The notes below the pieces were generated by a model that was given only the letters and a program-made list of their open reading frames with translations, was not told the DNA's origin and made no database searches. 64,000 nucleotides of DNA, taken from Candidatus Eiseniibacteriota bacterium (GTDB lineage Bacteria; Eisenbacteria; RBG-16-71-46; CAZAMP01). The stretch spans positions 864,001-928,000 of the forward strand of contig OZ245046.1 in the NCBI GenBank assembly GCA_965224245.1. Reading direction: 5' to 3'. A program made the position numbers and the translations under genes. Shown piece after piece: positions 12,022 to 22,812 of this stretch; within the stretch, counting starts at the first letter, position 1; every line of letters begins with the position of its first letter.

Positions 12022-14661
12022 ATGGCACTCACGAGTGGAACACGGCTCGGCCCCTACCAGATCATCGACTCCATCGGCGCCGGTGGGATGGGGGAGGTCT
12101 ACCGCGCGCTCGACACGCGCCTCGATCGGAACGTGGCCATCAAGGTCCTGCCCGATCACCTGTCGCGGAACCCCCAGCTCCGCCAGCGGTTCGACCGCGA
12201 GGCTCGCGCCCTCTCGAACCTCCAGCACCCCGGGATCTGCACGCTGCACGACGTCGGTCACGAGAGCGGGGTCGACTTCCTGGTCATGGAGTACCTGGAC
12301 GGCGAGACGCTGGCCCAGCGCCTGGCGAGTGGCCCCATGTCCCTCGACGACGTGCTGACCACCGGGACCCAGATCACCGAGGCCCTCGACGCCGCGCACC
12401 GGGCCGGTGTCGTCCACCGGGACCTGAAGCCCGGCAACGTCATCCTGACCGCGACCGGCGCCAAGCTCCTCGACTTCGGGCTAGCGAAGCGATCGGCGAC
12501 CGAGGAGACGCCGCACTCGGTGTTCACGCAGGTCGCGACCGAGGCCGCGTCCGAGCCCCTGACTCAGGAGGGCACGATCCTGGGCACGTTCCAGTACATG
12601 TCGCCCGAGCAGCTCGAGGGCGCCGAGGCCGACGCCCGGAGCGACATCTTCTCGCTGGGGGCGGTGCTCCACGAGATGGTGACCGGCCACAAGGCGTTCG
12701 AGGGGAAGAGCCAGGCCAGCCTCATCGCGGCCATCATGCAGTCGCAGCCGCCGGCGCTGTCGACCGTGCAGCCGATGTCGCCGCCTGCCCTGGAGCGGAT
12801 CGTGCGAACGTGCCTCGAGAAGTCCCCCGCGGACCGATGGCAGACCGCGCACGACATCGCGATCCAGCTGAGGTGGGTGCGCGAAGGCGGCTCCGAGGCC
12901 GGGGTTCCGCGTCCGGTCTCGGCTCGACGGCGAGGGCGCGAGCGCATCGCGTGGGTGATCGCTGTGATCGCGGTCGCGGCGGCGGTGGCGCTGGGGGTCC
13001 GCGCCCTTCGCGAGCCCGCGCCGGAGGAGGGCTCGCGGATCCGGTTCTCGATCCCGGCGCCGGCCGGCGTCGTCGACGTGGGGTCGCCGCGCATCTCACC
13101 CGACGGCCGCACGATCGCGTTCAACGGCACGGACACCACGCAGACGACACGGATCTGGCTCCGACGGCTGGACTCGGTCGAGGCCGTGCCGCTGCCCGGC
13201 ACCGAGGGGTGTGGGCGACCGTTCTGGTCGCCTGACGGGCGGCACCTCGCGTACTTCGTGGGAGAGGAGCTCGAGCGGATCTCCATCGGCGGTGGCCCGC
13301 CACTGACGCTCTGCCGGGCCCAGGGCTACGACGGAGCGTGGGGACGCGACGTGATGGTGTTCGACGGGTCGGTGGGCGACTCCATCCGCGCGGTTCCGGT
13401 CGGAGGCGGGGAGATCCGCGGGGTGACCCGGCTGGATCGGGCGCGCGGCGACACCGGGCATGGGTGGCCGTTCTTCCTTCCCGACGGGCGCCGGTTCCTG
13501 TTCGTGGCCATGATGCCGGGCGCCGACGAGATCCGTCTCGGCGAGGTCGGGAGCTTCGAGACCACGCGCGTGGCGGCCGGCGACTCGCGCGTGGAGTACG
13601 TGCACCCCGGCTACATCGTGTACGAGCGCGAAGGCACGCTGCTCGCGCAGCCGTTCGACCTCGACGCCGGCCGGGTCAGCGGCGACCCCTTCGCGCTGGC
13701 CGCCGGGATCGGGGTCGGCGGCTCCGGGCTCGCGCACTTCTCGGGCTCGTCGACTGGCACGCTGATCTACACCGAGAGCGCCAACAGCAACCGCGAGCTC
13801 CTGTGGCTCGACCGCGAAGGGCACGAGCTCGGCACGGTGGGAGAGCCGGCAGCGTACTGGCATCCGGCACTGTCACCGGACGAGGAGCGACTCGCCGTGG
13901 AGGTCTTCGGCCTCGATCGCGTTCCGGACGTGTGGATCTTCGATCTCGCGCGCGGACTCCGCTCCCGGTTCACGTCCGGAGGCCGGAACGTGGATCCCGT
14001 CTGGTCACCGGACGGGTCGCGCATCGTCTTCACGTCGGACCGAGACGGCACCAACGCGCTCTACGTGAAGAAGGTCGACGGAGACCGCACCCCTCGGAAG
14101 CTCGTCGAGCGCTCGACCACGCTGTATGCCCACGACTGGGCGCCCGACGGTCGGATCGTGTTCCTGGCGCGCAGCCCCACGGGACTGGGTCTGTCCACGA
14201 TCACGCTCGACGAGCCCGACCGCATCCGCCCGTTGTTTCACACTCCGGCGACGGAGGGCCAGGGCCAGGTCTCGCCGGACGGCAGGTACGTCGCGTACAC
14301 GTCCGACGAGAGCGGGGCGGCGAACGTCTACGTGACGGAGTTCGTCGACGGCGGACGCACGTGGCAGGTCTCGACCCACGGGGGATCCGAGGCGATGTGG
14401 CGCGGTGATGGTCGCGAGCTGTTCTACCTCTCCCCCGACCGGAAGATGATGGCGGTGGACCTGACGCCGGGGAACGGGCTGAAGCTGGGGATCCCGCACG
14501 CGCTGTTCCGGACGCCCGTGCAGCGAGACCGTATCGTGCGGAACCGGTACGTTGTGAGCGGGGATGGTCAGCGGTTCCTGGTGGCGGCGGTCGTGGATCG
14601 CGATGGGGTGCCGATGACGAGCGTGATCGTGAACTGGACGGCGGGGCTTTCGGATCGTTGA
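12022..14661 (+). CDS. Ser/Thr protein kinase with TM segment and TolB-like (PD40) beta-propeller
   Basis: GAGGMGEVY, HRDLKPGN, DFGLAK, YMSPEQ, hydrophobic helix, multiple SPDG repeats. Confidence 0.92.
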   Translation: MALTSGTRLGPYQIIDSIGAGGMGEVYRALDTRLDRNVAIKVLPDHLSRNPQLRQRFDREARALSNLQHPGICTLHDVGHESGVDFLVMEYLDGETLAQRLASGPMSLDDVLTTGTQITEALDAAHRAGVVHRDLKPGNVILTATGAKLLDFGLAKRSATEETPHSVFTQVATEAASEPLTQEGTILGTFQYMSPEQLEGAEADARSDIFSLGAVLHEMVTGHKAFEGKSQASLIAAIMQSQPPALSTVQPMSPPALERIVRTCLEKSPADRWQTAHDIAIQLRWVREGGSEAGVPRPVSARRRGRERIAWVIAVIAVAAAVALGVRALREPAPEEGSRIRFSIPAPAGVVDVGSPRISPDGRTIAFNGTDTTQTTRIWLRRLDSVEAVPLPGTEGCGRPFWSPDGRHLAYFVGEELERISIGGGPPLTLCRAQGYDGAWGRDVMVFDGSVGDSIRAVPVGGGEIRGVTRLDRARGDTGHGWPFFLPDGRRFLFVAMMPGADEIRLGEVGSFETTRVAAGDSRVEYVHPGYIVYEREGTLLAQPFDLDAGRVSGDPFALAAGIGVGGSGLAHFSGSSTGTLIYTESANSNRELLWLDREGHELGTVGEPAAYWHPALSPDEERLAVEVFGLDRVPDVWIFDLARGLRSRFTSGGRNVDPVWSPDGSRIVFTSDRDGTNALYVKKVDGDRTPRKLVERSTTLYAHDWAPDGRIVFLARSPTGLGLSTITLDEPDRIRPLFHTPATEGQGQVSPDGRYVAYTSDESGAANVYVTEFVDGGRTWQVSTHGGSEAMWRGDGRELFYLSPDRKMMAVDLTPGNGLKLGIPHALFRTPVQRDRIVRNRYVVSGDGQRFLVAAVVDRDGVPMTSVIVNWTAGLSDR

Positions 14662-14812
14662 TCCGCCCGGGGAGGTTGTCGCCGTGTCGATGCGGGCGTC
14701 ACCGGCGGCGTTGACGGGCTTCTCGGGGGCCTGACGGGCCGCTCACGGCCGGGTGAGTTGACCTCGCCGGAGGGGGCTGCGATGATCGGTGACTTCCAAT
14801 CGCTTGTCGCGT

Positions 14813-14888
14813 GACCCGGTAGCTCAGGTGGTAGAGCAACGGCCTTTTAAGCCGTGGGTCCTGGGTTCGAGCCCCAGCCGGGTCACCA
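14813..14888 (+). tRNA. tRNA-Lys(UUU)
   Basis: Acceptor stem GACCCGG/CCGGGTC, anticodon arm ACGGC-CTTTTAA-GCCGT, GGTTCGA T-loop, encoded CCA, 76 nt. Confidence 0.97.
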
Positions 14889-15083
14889 ATGATGTGCTCG
14901 TATCGACTGTGATCGCAATAGGTTGTGGCGGTGCTGTGTCACGTCTACCGCTCTCCCACGCCCATCTAGCTACTTCCCGCCTGGATCTTCCGTTTCCTTT
15001 CCCGCCTGCCGATCAATTGAGGAGCCGGGCTGGTCCGTCAGGGGCCGGTTGGGGACGTCACGGTTCAACTCGTGGGAGAGCGC

Positions 15084-15395
15084 ATGCGAGATCCAGCAGA
15101 GGTGGTCAACGACATCGTGGGCGCGGTGAAGGAGCAGGGCATCTCGCAGGTGCCGGGCTACGTCCGCTTTGTCTATCGTCGGCAGACTCCCGCTTCGGTT
15201 GTCTTGGAGCGAAGGAACGGCAGAGATGTGGCAGTTCCCTTCTCGAAGCTTCGCACCGCGATCGAAGCAGTTCGAGAGGATCACTCTGTCTACATCTCCG
15301 GTCCACACTGCCTGCGAAAGTACGGCATCACGCACATCAACTCGCCCACGTGGTCACTGATCCGCCTGCTTCCCCTCAACAGATTGATCGACTAA
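15084..15395 (+). CDS. Hypothetical protein
   Basis: 103-aa ORF with plausible composition and GGGAG upstream. First gene after the tRNA. Confidence 0.55.
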   Translation: MRDPAEVVNDIVGAVKEQGISQVPGYVRFVYRRQTPASVVLERRNGRDVAVPFSKLRTAIEAVREDHSVYISGPHCLRKYGITHINSPTWSLIRLLPLNRLID

Positions 15396-15522
15396 GTTCG
15401 GATCGACGCGCCCCGCTCGGGCGCTTCACCGAGAGGATGAAGCGGCAAGGTTGTCACGGCGCTGATTGATGGACGGTGAACCTTGGTCGCGTCGATAGTC
15501 TCGGGGCTCGTCAGTGGAGGTG

Positions 15523-16418
15523 ATGGTGAGCGGTACCACGAGAAAAACGATATTCGAGCAGGCTTCGAGAAAGCTTCGTCAGGACTTCGACGAGTTATCG
15601 ATCGTCCCTCACAACGTATTGAAGGGCAGTGAAGCCGAGAAGCTAGTCCGTGATTTTCTGAGCGCACACTTGCCGAAACGATTTGGAGTCGGAGCTGGCT
15701 TCATCATCGACCCATCGGATGACGTCTCGAAACAGACGGACATCATCGTCTACGATGCCCTCAACTGTCCGATCTATCGCGCATCCGAGGACGCCTCGAT
15801 TTTTCCAAGCGATAATGTCGCTGCCGTAGTCGAAGTTAAGTCTCGGCTCACCACGGGTAGTCTCAAGAGCGCGTTTCTCAACCTCCGCAGAGCGAAGTCT
15901 CTGCGTAAGCGCGGAGCGGCATCGGACTGGGGACCGGAACGTACTCAAACGCTGGGGTGTGTGTTTGCATTCAAGAGTGACATCTCCGTCGAGAAGCTCG
16001 GTGAGCACTTTGCGAAGCAGACGAGAGAAGCTGGCCTAGGCCCCCATCCGGATCTTCTAGTGGTTCTGGACGAATGCGTTGTCATGATGGCGTGCAATCT
16101 TCCGAATCGCCCAGGCTGGAACCCTGTCTTCTTCGAGGGCTTCGGGGAGAAGACGCAGAAGGAGCTCACGTAGGCGTGGCTGTAGGCGAGACTGGTCTCG
16201 ACAGCCTCGACTACTTTCTACGTTTCTTCCTGGTCAATATCGCGAACTTTCGTCACACAATGGATGTTCCGCCGTTTGACTGGACATCGACGCCGTCTGA
16301 GGGGAAAGTGCAGATCACGTACCTCACCTCACTTACGAACGAGTCCGATCCAGCGAAGCGAGAGAGTAACCTCATTCGATATGCCGCAGCGGCGAAGAGA
16401 GACCTCGCCGCTCAATGA
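15523..16418 (+). pseudogene. DUF6602-like protein (PD-(D/E)XK-like), frameshifted near 16144-16147
   Basis: G..AE..VRDFL..HLP..FGV..GFIID...SKQTDIIVYD...VEVKS pattern. Reading continues in another frame (GEDAEGAHVG...) after a G4 run. Confidence 0.65.
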
Positions 16419-16550
16419 GCGCACGGAACTGATCGGCGAGCACCAATACGAGCGGCCCGGTCCGTGGAACGTGCCGAAGGGGAACTCGGAGGAGTGCCCG
16501 TTGCGGGCCAGTCGCTTCAAGGATCTGGGGCAGAAGACGACGGAGCAGCA

Positions 16551-17084
16551 TTAGCGAGTGGTCTCGAAGATTGATTCGAGCTTTCCGTTCACGCACGTGT
16601 AGCAGGTGGTTCGATTGTACGTCCAATACGTCCGCGAAACGTAGTTTTCAGCGCTGTAGGTGTCTGTGAGCTCGATCTCTCCTTTGAGAAGGGCCTGAAG
16701 GCAGAATTCGGAGATGCCGATCTTCAGCGCGGGGCAGAGTTCTCGAAGTCGTTTCGCATCTTCTTCTCTTTGCTTGTCGTTCTCTATTCGTTGGAGTCTT
16801 AGCTTCGCCTCGATCTCCGCTGCCTGTGCGTTTCGAACCGCCATCATGCTGTCGACATAGGCCGCTACGCTGTCCTGCTTGGCTTGTACCCGGGCCCGCT
16901 CTTTGGCTTCCCGAACGACCTGAAGAGCTTCAAGGCTATCCCGACGGGCGGCGAGCCGGAGCATCCGATCTTCGTGTGAGATTTGCGGGCTGCAAGACAC
17001 GACCGGCATGATCGAGATCAAGACAATCAGCCCAATCCTCGCCATGGCGGCTAATTGCACAGCGCTCACGGGCATCTTCTCCAA
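16551..17084 (-). CDS. Hypothetical exported/lipoprotein-like coiled-coil protein
   Basis: Hydrophobic N-terminus ending VVSC, charged helical middle. Start codon uncertain. Confidence 0.55.
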   Translation of the reverse strand: MEKMPVSAVQLAAMARIGLIVLISIMPVVSCSPQISHEDRMLRLAARRDSLEALQVVREAKERARVQAKQDSVAAYVDSMMAVRNAQAAEIEAKLRLQRIENDKQREEDAKRLRELCPALKIGISEFCLQALLKGEIELTDTYSAENYVSRTYWTYNRTTCYTCVNGKLESIFETTR

Positions 17085-17117
17085 GGAAGTTCAAAATCCT
17101 CGATCGTGTGGCTCGGA

Positions 17118-17282
17118 CCGGAGGTTTCCACGATGCCGTCTGGAACCACCGGGCCGTGCACGATGAGCTCCGCAAGCGACAAATCGAAGCGTTCAAAATC
17201 CTCGACGCCGGAGGTTTCCACGATGCCGTCTGGAACCACCGGGCCGTGCACGATGAGCTCCGCAAGCGACAAATCGAAGCGT
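17118..17282. repeat. Identical 75-bp direct repeat (17118-17192, 17208-17282)
   Basis: Read directly. Period is 90 nt, and GTTCAAAATCCTCGA precedes both copies. Confidence 0.9.
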
Positions 17283-17361
17283 GACGCCGCTGGTCGCGAT
17301 GAGACCCATGACCGTGAACCCGCGCAGCTCGCCTGACCTCCGTAACATGTTGCTCCACAAA

Positions 17362-17490
17362 CCGTTCTGGAGTCCATCGGAATCCGCGGGAGCAACGTCG
17401 GCGAGATACGCGGTCAGCTCCTCAATCACAAACCGCTTGATGTCGCCTGTCGGGATCGATTCGGTCGCACAGGCGTAGGACCCAAGGCCC
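17362..17490 (-). pseudogene. Relic of a large serine recombinase C-terminus
   Basis: ACATESIPTGDIKRFVIEELTAYLADVAPADSDGLQNG matches ACPTKSIPAGEIERFVIEELAGYLADVSPADADGLQNG of 19290-20555. Confidence 0.8.
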
Positions 17491-17771
17491 CGTCGTGGTC
17501 CGATGGGCGGGACCCCTGTCGTCCTACCGAACCGGATCGACGCACCGGCCAACGGTCCGGTGTCGTCAATCTATGTCCCAGATGGCCCAGGTGCCTACGT
17601 CCACCTCCTCCACGTGCTCTGCCAAGTCGCCCGGCTGCAATGGCTCGCCCCCGGGAGCATGGCGTTCCAAGAGGCTCGTCCGCCTCCCAAACCAGTAGCG
17701 ATCCCGTGAATATCAGAGCGGGGACCCGTGTACTATTGTTTACATGGATCAGCAATCTATCAGGGGGAACG

Positions 17772-18734
17772 ATGAGTGCTTCAACGCCTAACGGTTCGTC
17801 GGAGAAGCCTCGCGCATGGGGGCTGTTGAGTGCGCTTGGGAGGGCGGCGGGATGGGTGCGACGAAATCCGGACACGACGATTGCACTGTTTGCCGGCGTC
17901 ATGATTCCCTTGTCGATCTTCGTTGTCGGGGCTTGGACAATCAAGGCATCCTCACGCGCAGCACTTCTCACGCTCGCGATCTCCCAACTGGAGAGGCGCT
18001 CGTCGCCGCCGGAACTACGTTCTCTTGCTGTGGACATACTCCGCCGCCACTCTCTCCTGGACAACGAGGAACTCTTCGAACGGATCGAAGGAGGCGAACT
18101 GTATCTCCTGATGGACGAGAGCGAAAGGCTCGACGACCATCAGTATGAAATCGATCGACTAGCACTCCTGTACGAGCAGTGGTACAGCGTCGCAGCCAGT
18201 GGCGATAGCTCCGATGTCGCGCTCACCTACGCAGCAACCGTGGGTGATCACCTTGTCAGCGAGTGCACGTCTATGGAGCGACGGTTACGCCAGATCGACA
18301 GCAGCCTGCTTCGACAACGTCCAAACCAGGAACTGGGTCGCCATGTGTACCTCGCCATCGCTAACGCGATTCCTGCAATCGTCCTCTTTCATCGCGGCGA
18401 TGAGCGAGCCAGTCGCTACGCATTGGCCGTGCTGAGAAACTGTGAAGACGGCGCGACAGCGTGGCGCGACATATCCGTGCGCGCGCAGCGACTGGGCATT
18501 GAAACCTCTGCCTTCGTGAAACAGGAATGGTATACTCATGATGTTGAGAGCCAACGTGTTCAGTTGCTCGCTTACAAGGCTTACGCGCTCACCATCCTTT
18601 TCGATGGAGGCGAAACCAGCAAAGCGGAGGCGTGCAGCGCCATCAAGACTGTAGACGACGAGAGGTACTTTCCCAATCGACCAGGCGACAATGCCATCCT
18701 GATACCAGTTGTTGAGCAGCTCGGTTGTCCGTAA
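17772..18734 (+). CDS. Hypothetical membrane-anchored helical protein
   Basis: Long ORF, one TM segment (IALFAGVMIPLSIFVVGAW), GGGGGA upstream of ATG 17772. Confidence 0.6.
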   Translation: MSASTPNGSSEKPRAWGLLSALGRAAGWVRRNPDTTIALFAGVMIPLSIFVVGAWTIKASSRAALLTLAISQLERRSSPPELRSLAVDILRRHSLLDNEELFERIEGGELYLLMDESERLDDHQYEIDRLALLYEQWYSVAASGDSSDVALTYAATVGDHLVSECTSMERRLRQIDSSLLRQRPNQELGRHVYLAIANAIPAIVLFHRGDERASRYALAVLRNCEDGATAWRDISVRAQRLGIETSAFVKQEWYTHDVESQRVQLLAYKAYALTILFDGGETSKAEACSAIKTVDDERYFPNRPGDNAILIPVVEQLGCP

Positions 18735-18750
18735 ACGAAGGAGAACGACC

Positions 18751-18843
18751 ATGCGTAGCATGCTGACGGCGCTTCTTGGCGGCCTGTTCGTGGTGAGCAT
18801 CTTCATCGGTACGCATAGCGCGGCCTTGAGCCAATTGTCGTAG
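18751..18843 (+). CDS. 30-aa hydrophobic peptide MRSMLTALLGGLFVVSIFIGTHSAALSQLS
   Basis: Strong AAGGAG RBS upstream of the ATG, directly behind the previous gene. Below the ORF-track cutoff. Confidence 0.35.
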   Translation: MRSMLTALLGGLFVVSIFIGTHSAALSQLS

Positions 18844-18918
18844 GCGTCAGGGGGTCGCTTCGAAGACGCATCTGACGAGACCGATGGGCGGTTCGAGGTA
18901 CCAATCTCGGTACAACAC

Positions 18919-19293
18919 TCAGGCTACGAAGACGGGTTGGATCACCGATTGTTCGCGCCAGTCGGGAGCAGCGGCGATCATGAGCAAAGTCGGCTCGGGG
19001 ATTGCCACCTCTCCACAGAGCACACGCCGCTGGATCGCAGCGGATAGATCGAGCAATCGCAGAATCTGTGTCACCCGCGCCGGGGTGACCCCCGCGATCT
19101 TCGCTAGCCTCGTCTGAGTCGGCACATCACCGCTGGCGAGCAGTGCGTTCATCCGATGGGCAAGGGCGAGGAGTTCGGCGGCGCGGGTTGGACGTTCTCC
19201 TGAGACGATGTCAGGCTCGTCCCCACTGCGTAGGTCCCGCCGCCCATCACGCCCGTTGCCGATGTGAACGGCCCGGGAGACCCTGCGACTCAT
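18919..19293 (-). CDS. Small HTH-like protein coupled to the serine recombinase
   Basis: LAKIAGVTPARVTQILRL HTH pattern. 4-nt overlap with the recombinase stop. Confidence 0.7.
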   Translation of the reverse strand: MSRRVSRAVHIGNGRDGRRDLRSGDEPDIVSGERPTRAAELLALAHRMNALLASGDVPTQTRLAKIAGVTPARVTQILRLLDLSAAIQRRVLCGEVAIPEPTLLMIAAAPDWREQSVIQPVFVA

Positions 19294-20555
19294 GCCGTCT
19301 CATCTCGAAACGTGATCGTCACGCGACCGGCCCCGCGGTCGTAGACCACGCAATCGATCCAGCCGCGGACCACCGCAGCTCGCGAGCCGTTCTGGAGCCC
19401 GTCGGCGTCGGCAGGGGAGACATCGGCCAGGTACCCGGCCAACTCCTCGATCACGAACCGCTCGATCTCCCCGGCCGGGATCGACTTCGTCGGACAGGCG
19501 TCGAACCCGAAATCCTTCGTGGTCCGACAGACGTAGTAGCGATACCGACGTGGCCCTCTCGTCGTGTGCTTCGGCACCATGGCCTTGTCGCAGTGACCGC
19601 AGCGCAGGAGGCCGCGGAGCAGGGCAGGCGAGCTTCCGGTGATCGCACCGGTCAGGTCCGGGCCGTTGCGGCGTAGCTGGTCCTGGACGGCGGCGAACGT
19701 TGCCTCGTCCGCGATGGCGTCATGCTCGCCGTCGAGCACCTCGCCCTTGAACGCGACCTTCCCGATGTAGACGACGTTCTTGAGCGTCCGGTTGACCCAG
19801 TTCTTGGAGATGGGCTTGCCGCCGCAGCGGTTGCCGGTCTTGGAGGTCCACGCCTTCGTGGTCCAGCCTCGGCGGTGCAGTTCCTGGACGACGGGGAGGA
19901 TGGAGCCGAGGTCCAGGTAGAGGCGGAAGACCTCGACGACTTGCTTCGCCTCTTGGCGGTTGACCACGAGGCGACCGCCATCGGGGTGGACGTCGTAGCC
20001 GAGGGGAGGCGTGCCCCCGATCCACCTCCCGCGCCGCCGGGCTGCGTGAACCTTGTCCCGGACGCGCTCCCGGATGGTTTCCCGCTCGAACTCCGCGAAC
20101 CCGACGATCATGTGAAGCATCATCTTGCCTGCGGGCGTCGCGGTGTTGAAGTGCTCGGTGACGGAGACGAAGGTGACGCCGTGGCGGTCGAGTTCATCGG
20201 TGATGGCCAGGAAGTCGCGAGGAGATCGTGATAGCCGGTCATACCGGTACACCAGGACGCAGTCGACCTTCCCGGACCGCACGTCGTCCAGCAGCCGCTG
20301 GAGGGCAGGTCGCTTCAGGGTGGCTCCACTGATGCCCTCGTCGTCGTATCGGGTGGCGATCGCCTTCCAGCCCTTCTCCCGCTGACTCCGGATGTACGCC
20401 TCCACGCTCTCCCGCTGGTTGTCGATTGAGGTGAACTCCGAGCCGGAGCGGTCCTCGACGGACTGCCGGCAGTACACGGCGCACCGGACGGTCTCCGCCC
20501 GGGGCTTCGTGCCGTTCCACCCTCGGCGGACCTGGGTGTGGACTTGGAGGGTCAC
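19290..20555 (-). CDS. Large serine recombinase (resolvase + recombinase + Zn ribbon)
   Basis: AVYCRQS catalytic Ser, YDDEGISG, RPALQRLL, DRLSRS, GLLRCGHC...YYVC. Confidence 0.93.
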   Translation of the reverse strand: MTLQVHTQVRRGWNGTKPRAETVRCAVYCRQSVEDRSGSEFTSIDNQRESVEAYIRSQREKGWKAIATRYDDEGISGATLKRPALQRLLDDVRSGKVDCVLVYRYDRLSRSPRDFLAITDELDRHGVTFVSVTEHFNTATPAGKMMLHMIVGFAEFERETIRERVRDKVHAARRRGRWIGGTPPLGYDVHPDGGRLVVNRQEAKQVVEVFRLYLDLGSILPVVQELHRRGWTTKAWTSKTGNRCGGKPISKNWVNRTLKNVVYIGKVAFKGEVLDGEHDAIADEATFAAVQDQLRRNGPDLTGAITGSSPALLRGLLRCGHCDKAMVPKHTTRGPRRYRYYVCRTTKDFGFDACPTKSIPAGEIERFVIEELAGYLADVSPADADGLQNGSRAAVVRGWIDCVVYDRGAGRVTITFRDETA

Positions 20556-21049
20556 GGCTTGCCGGACTCCTTGATCTTGAAGAACCGGGGACCGGACAGA
20601 TGTTGGCCGGTGATCGCGCGTGCCACGGCCGTCAGCGACCGGTACACCTCACCCCCATACTCGAACTCCCCGCCATCAAGCACGACGACCTCGTGCACAC
20701 GGCCGCGATAGCGGCGCACGAGGCGCGTACCGGGGAGGAGGGCTCCGGGTTCGCGGGTCTGGTTGATCTCGCGGGACGTGGCCTGTGTGGGCGACGTGGG
20801 CGCGGTCGGGGGCCAGTCCTTGGGCGGGTTCAGCCGCACCACGGCATTCGCGGCGAGTTCCTGGATGCGGGCCTTGGCCCGCTCGCTCAACCCCCCGTGC
20901 GCCTGCTCCTGGATCCGCCAGGCAATCCTACGGATGAGCCATTTTCGATTGTGCGAGTGCGATTGATATCCCCACCGCTCTGTGAACTCGGCGACCAGCT
21001 CCTTTGTCGCCATGCCCTCCAATCTGGCAATCTCGCGCTTAATGTCCAA
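20552..21049 (-). CDS. DUF2924-type protein
   Basis: RRIAWRIQEQAHGGLS, PGTRLVRRYRG, YRSLTAVARAITG..SGPRFF. Likely TTG start at 21049 after GGAG. Overlaps the recombinase start. Confidence 0.82.
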   Translation of the reverse strand: MDIKREIARLEGMATKELVAEFTERWGYQSHSHNRKWLIRRIAWRIQEQAHGGLSERAKARIQELAANAVVRLNPPKDWPPTAPTSPTQATSREINQTREPGALLPGTRLVRRYRGRVHEVVVLDGGEFEYGGEVYRSLTAVARAITGQHLSGPRFFKIKESGKP

Positions 21050-21085
21050 CCAGGTCTCCAGGTCGGTGGTTTCAGTCCTGGGGGA

Positions 21086-21117
21086 CATGACCGCTCTCTC
21101 TGCCCGGGACATCAAGT
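21086..21117 (-). promoter_or_regulatory. Shared promoter-like motif ACTTGA..AGAG.G..CATG, upstream of DUF2924
   Basis: Similar sequences at 28892-28922 and 29727-29757 (minus) and 29768-29799 (plus). Confidence 0.45.
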
Positions 21118-21299
21118 GAATCCTCTCTGGTTTGTACAGCGGCGTATCGCGAGCGAGACGCCTATTCGCCCGGGCGAGGAGGGTGGTGAGGTCGCACGGC
21201 GGAGGTTGAGCGCGCCTGTCGGGGTTGATAGACACAGTTACTGCCCTCCCTACATGAAGAAGGGCGGGTTGAACCGTACCGGGTTCTCCGGAGAGCTGG

Positions 21300-22633
<1,334 letters not shown>

Positions 22634-22812
22634 GGAGGTATCCTCTCAAGGAATACACCCTCCGGCAAACCCGGCGTGGTTCATTCCCGCAGTTGAGAGC
22701 TTCGCCATCTGACCCACTCCACTGGTGGGCTGAGCGGGCCGTGATATCATTGAGGCGTCGTGAAGCCGCAAGAGGCCCGCCGAACGATCACATAGCGCCT
22801 GGAGGTGTTGGT

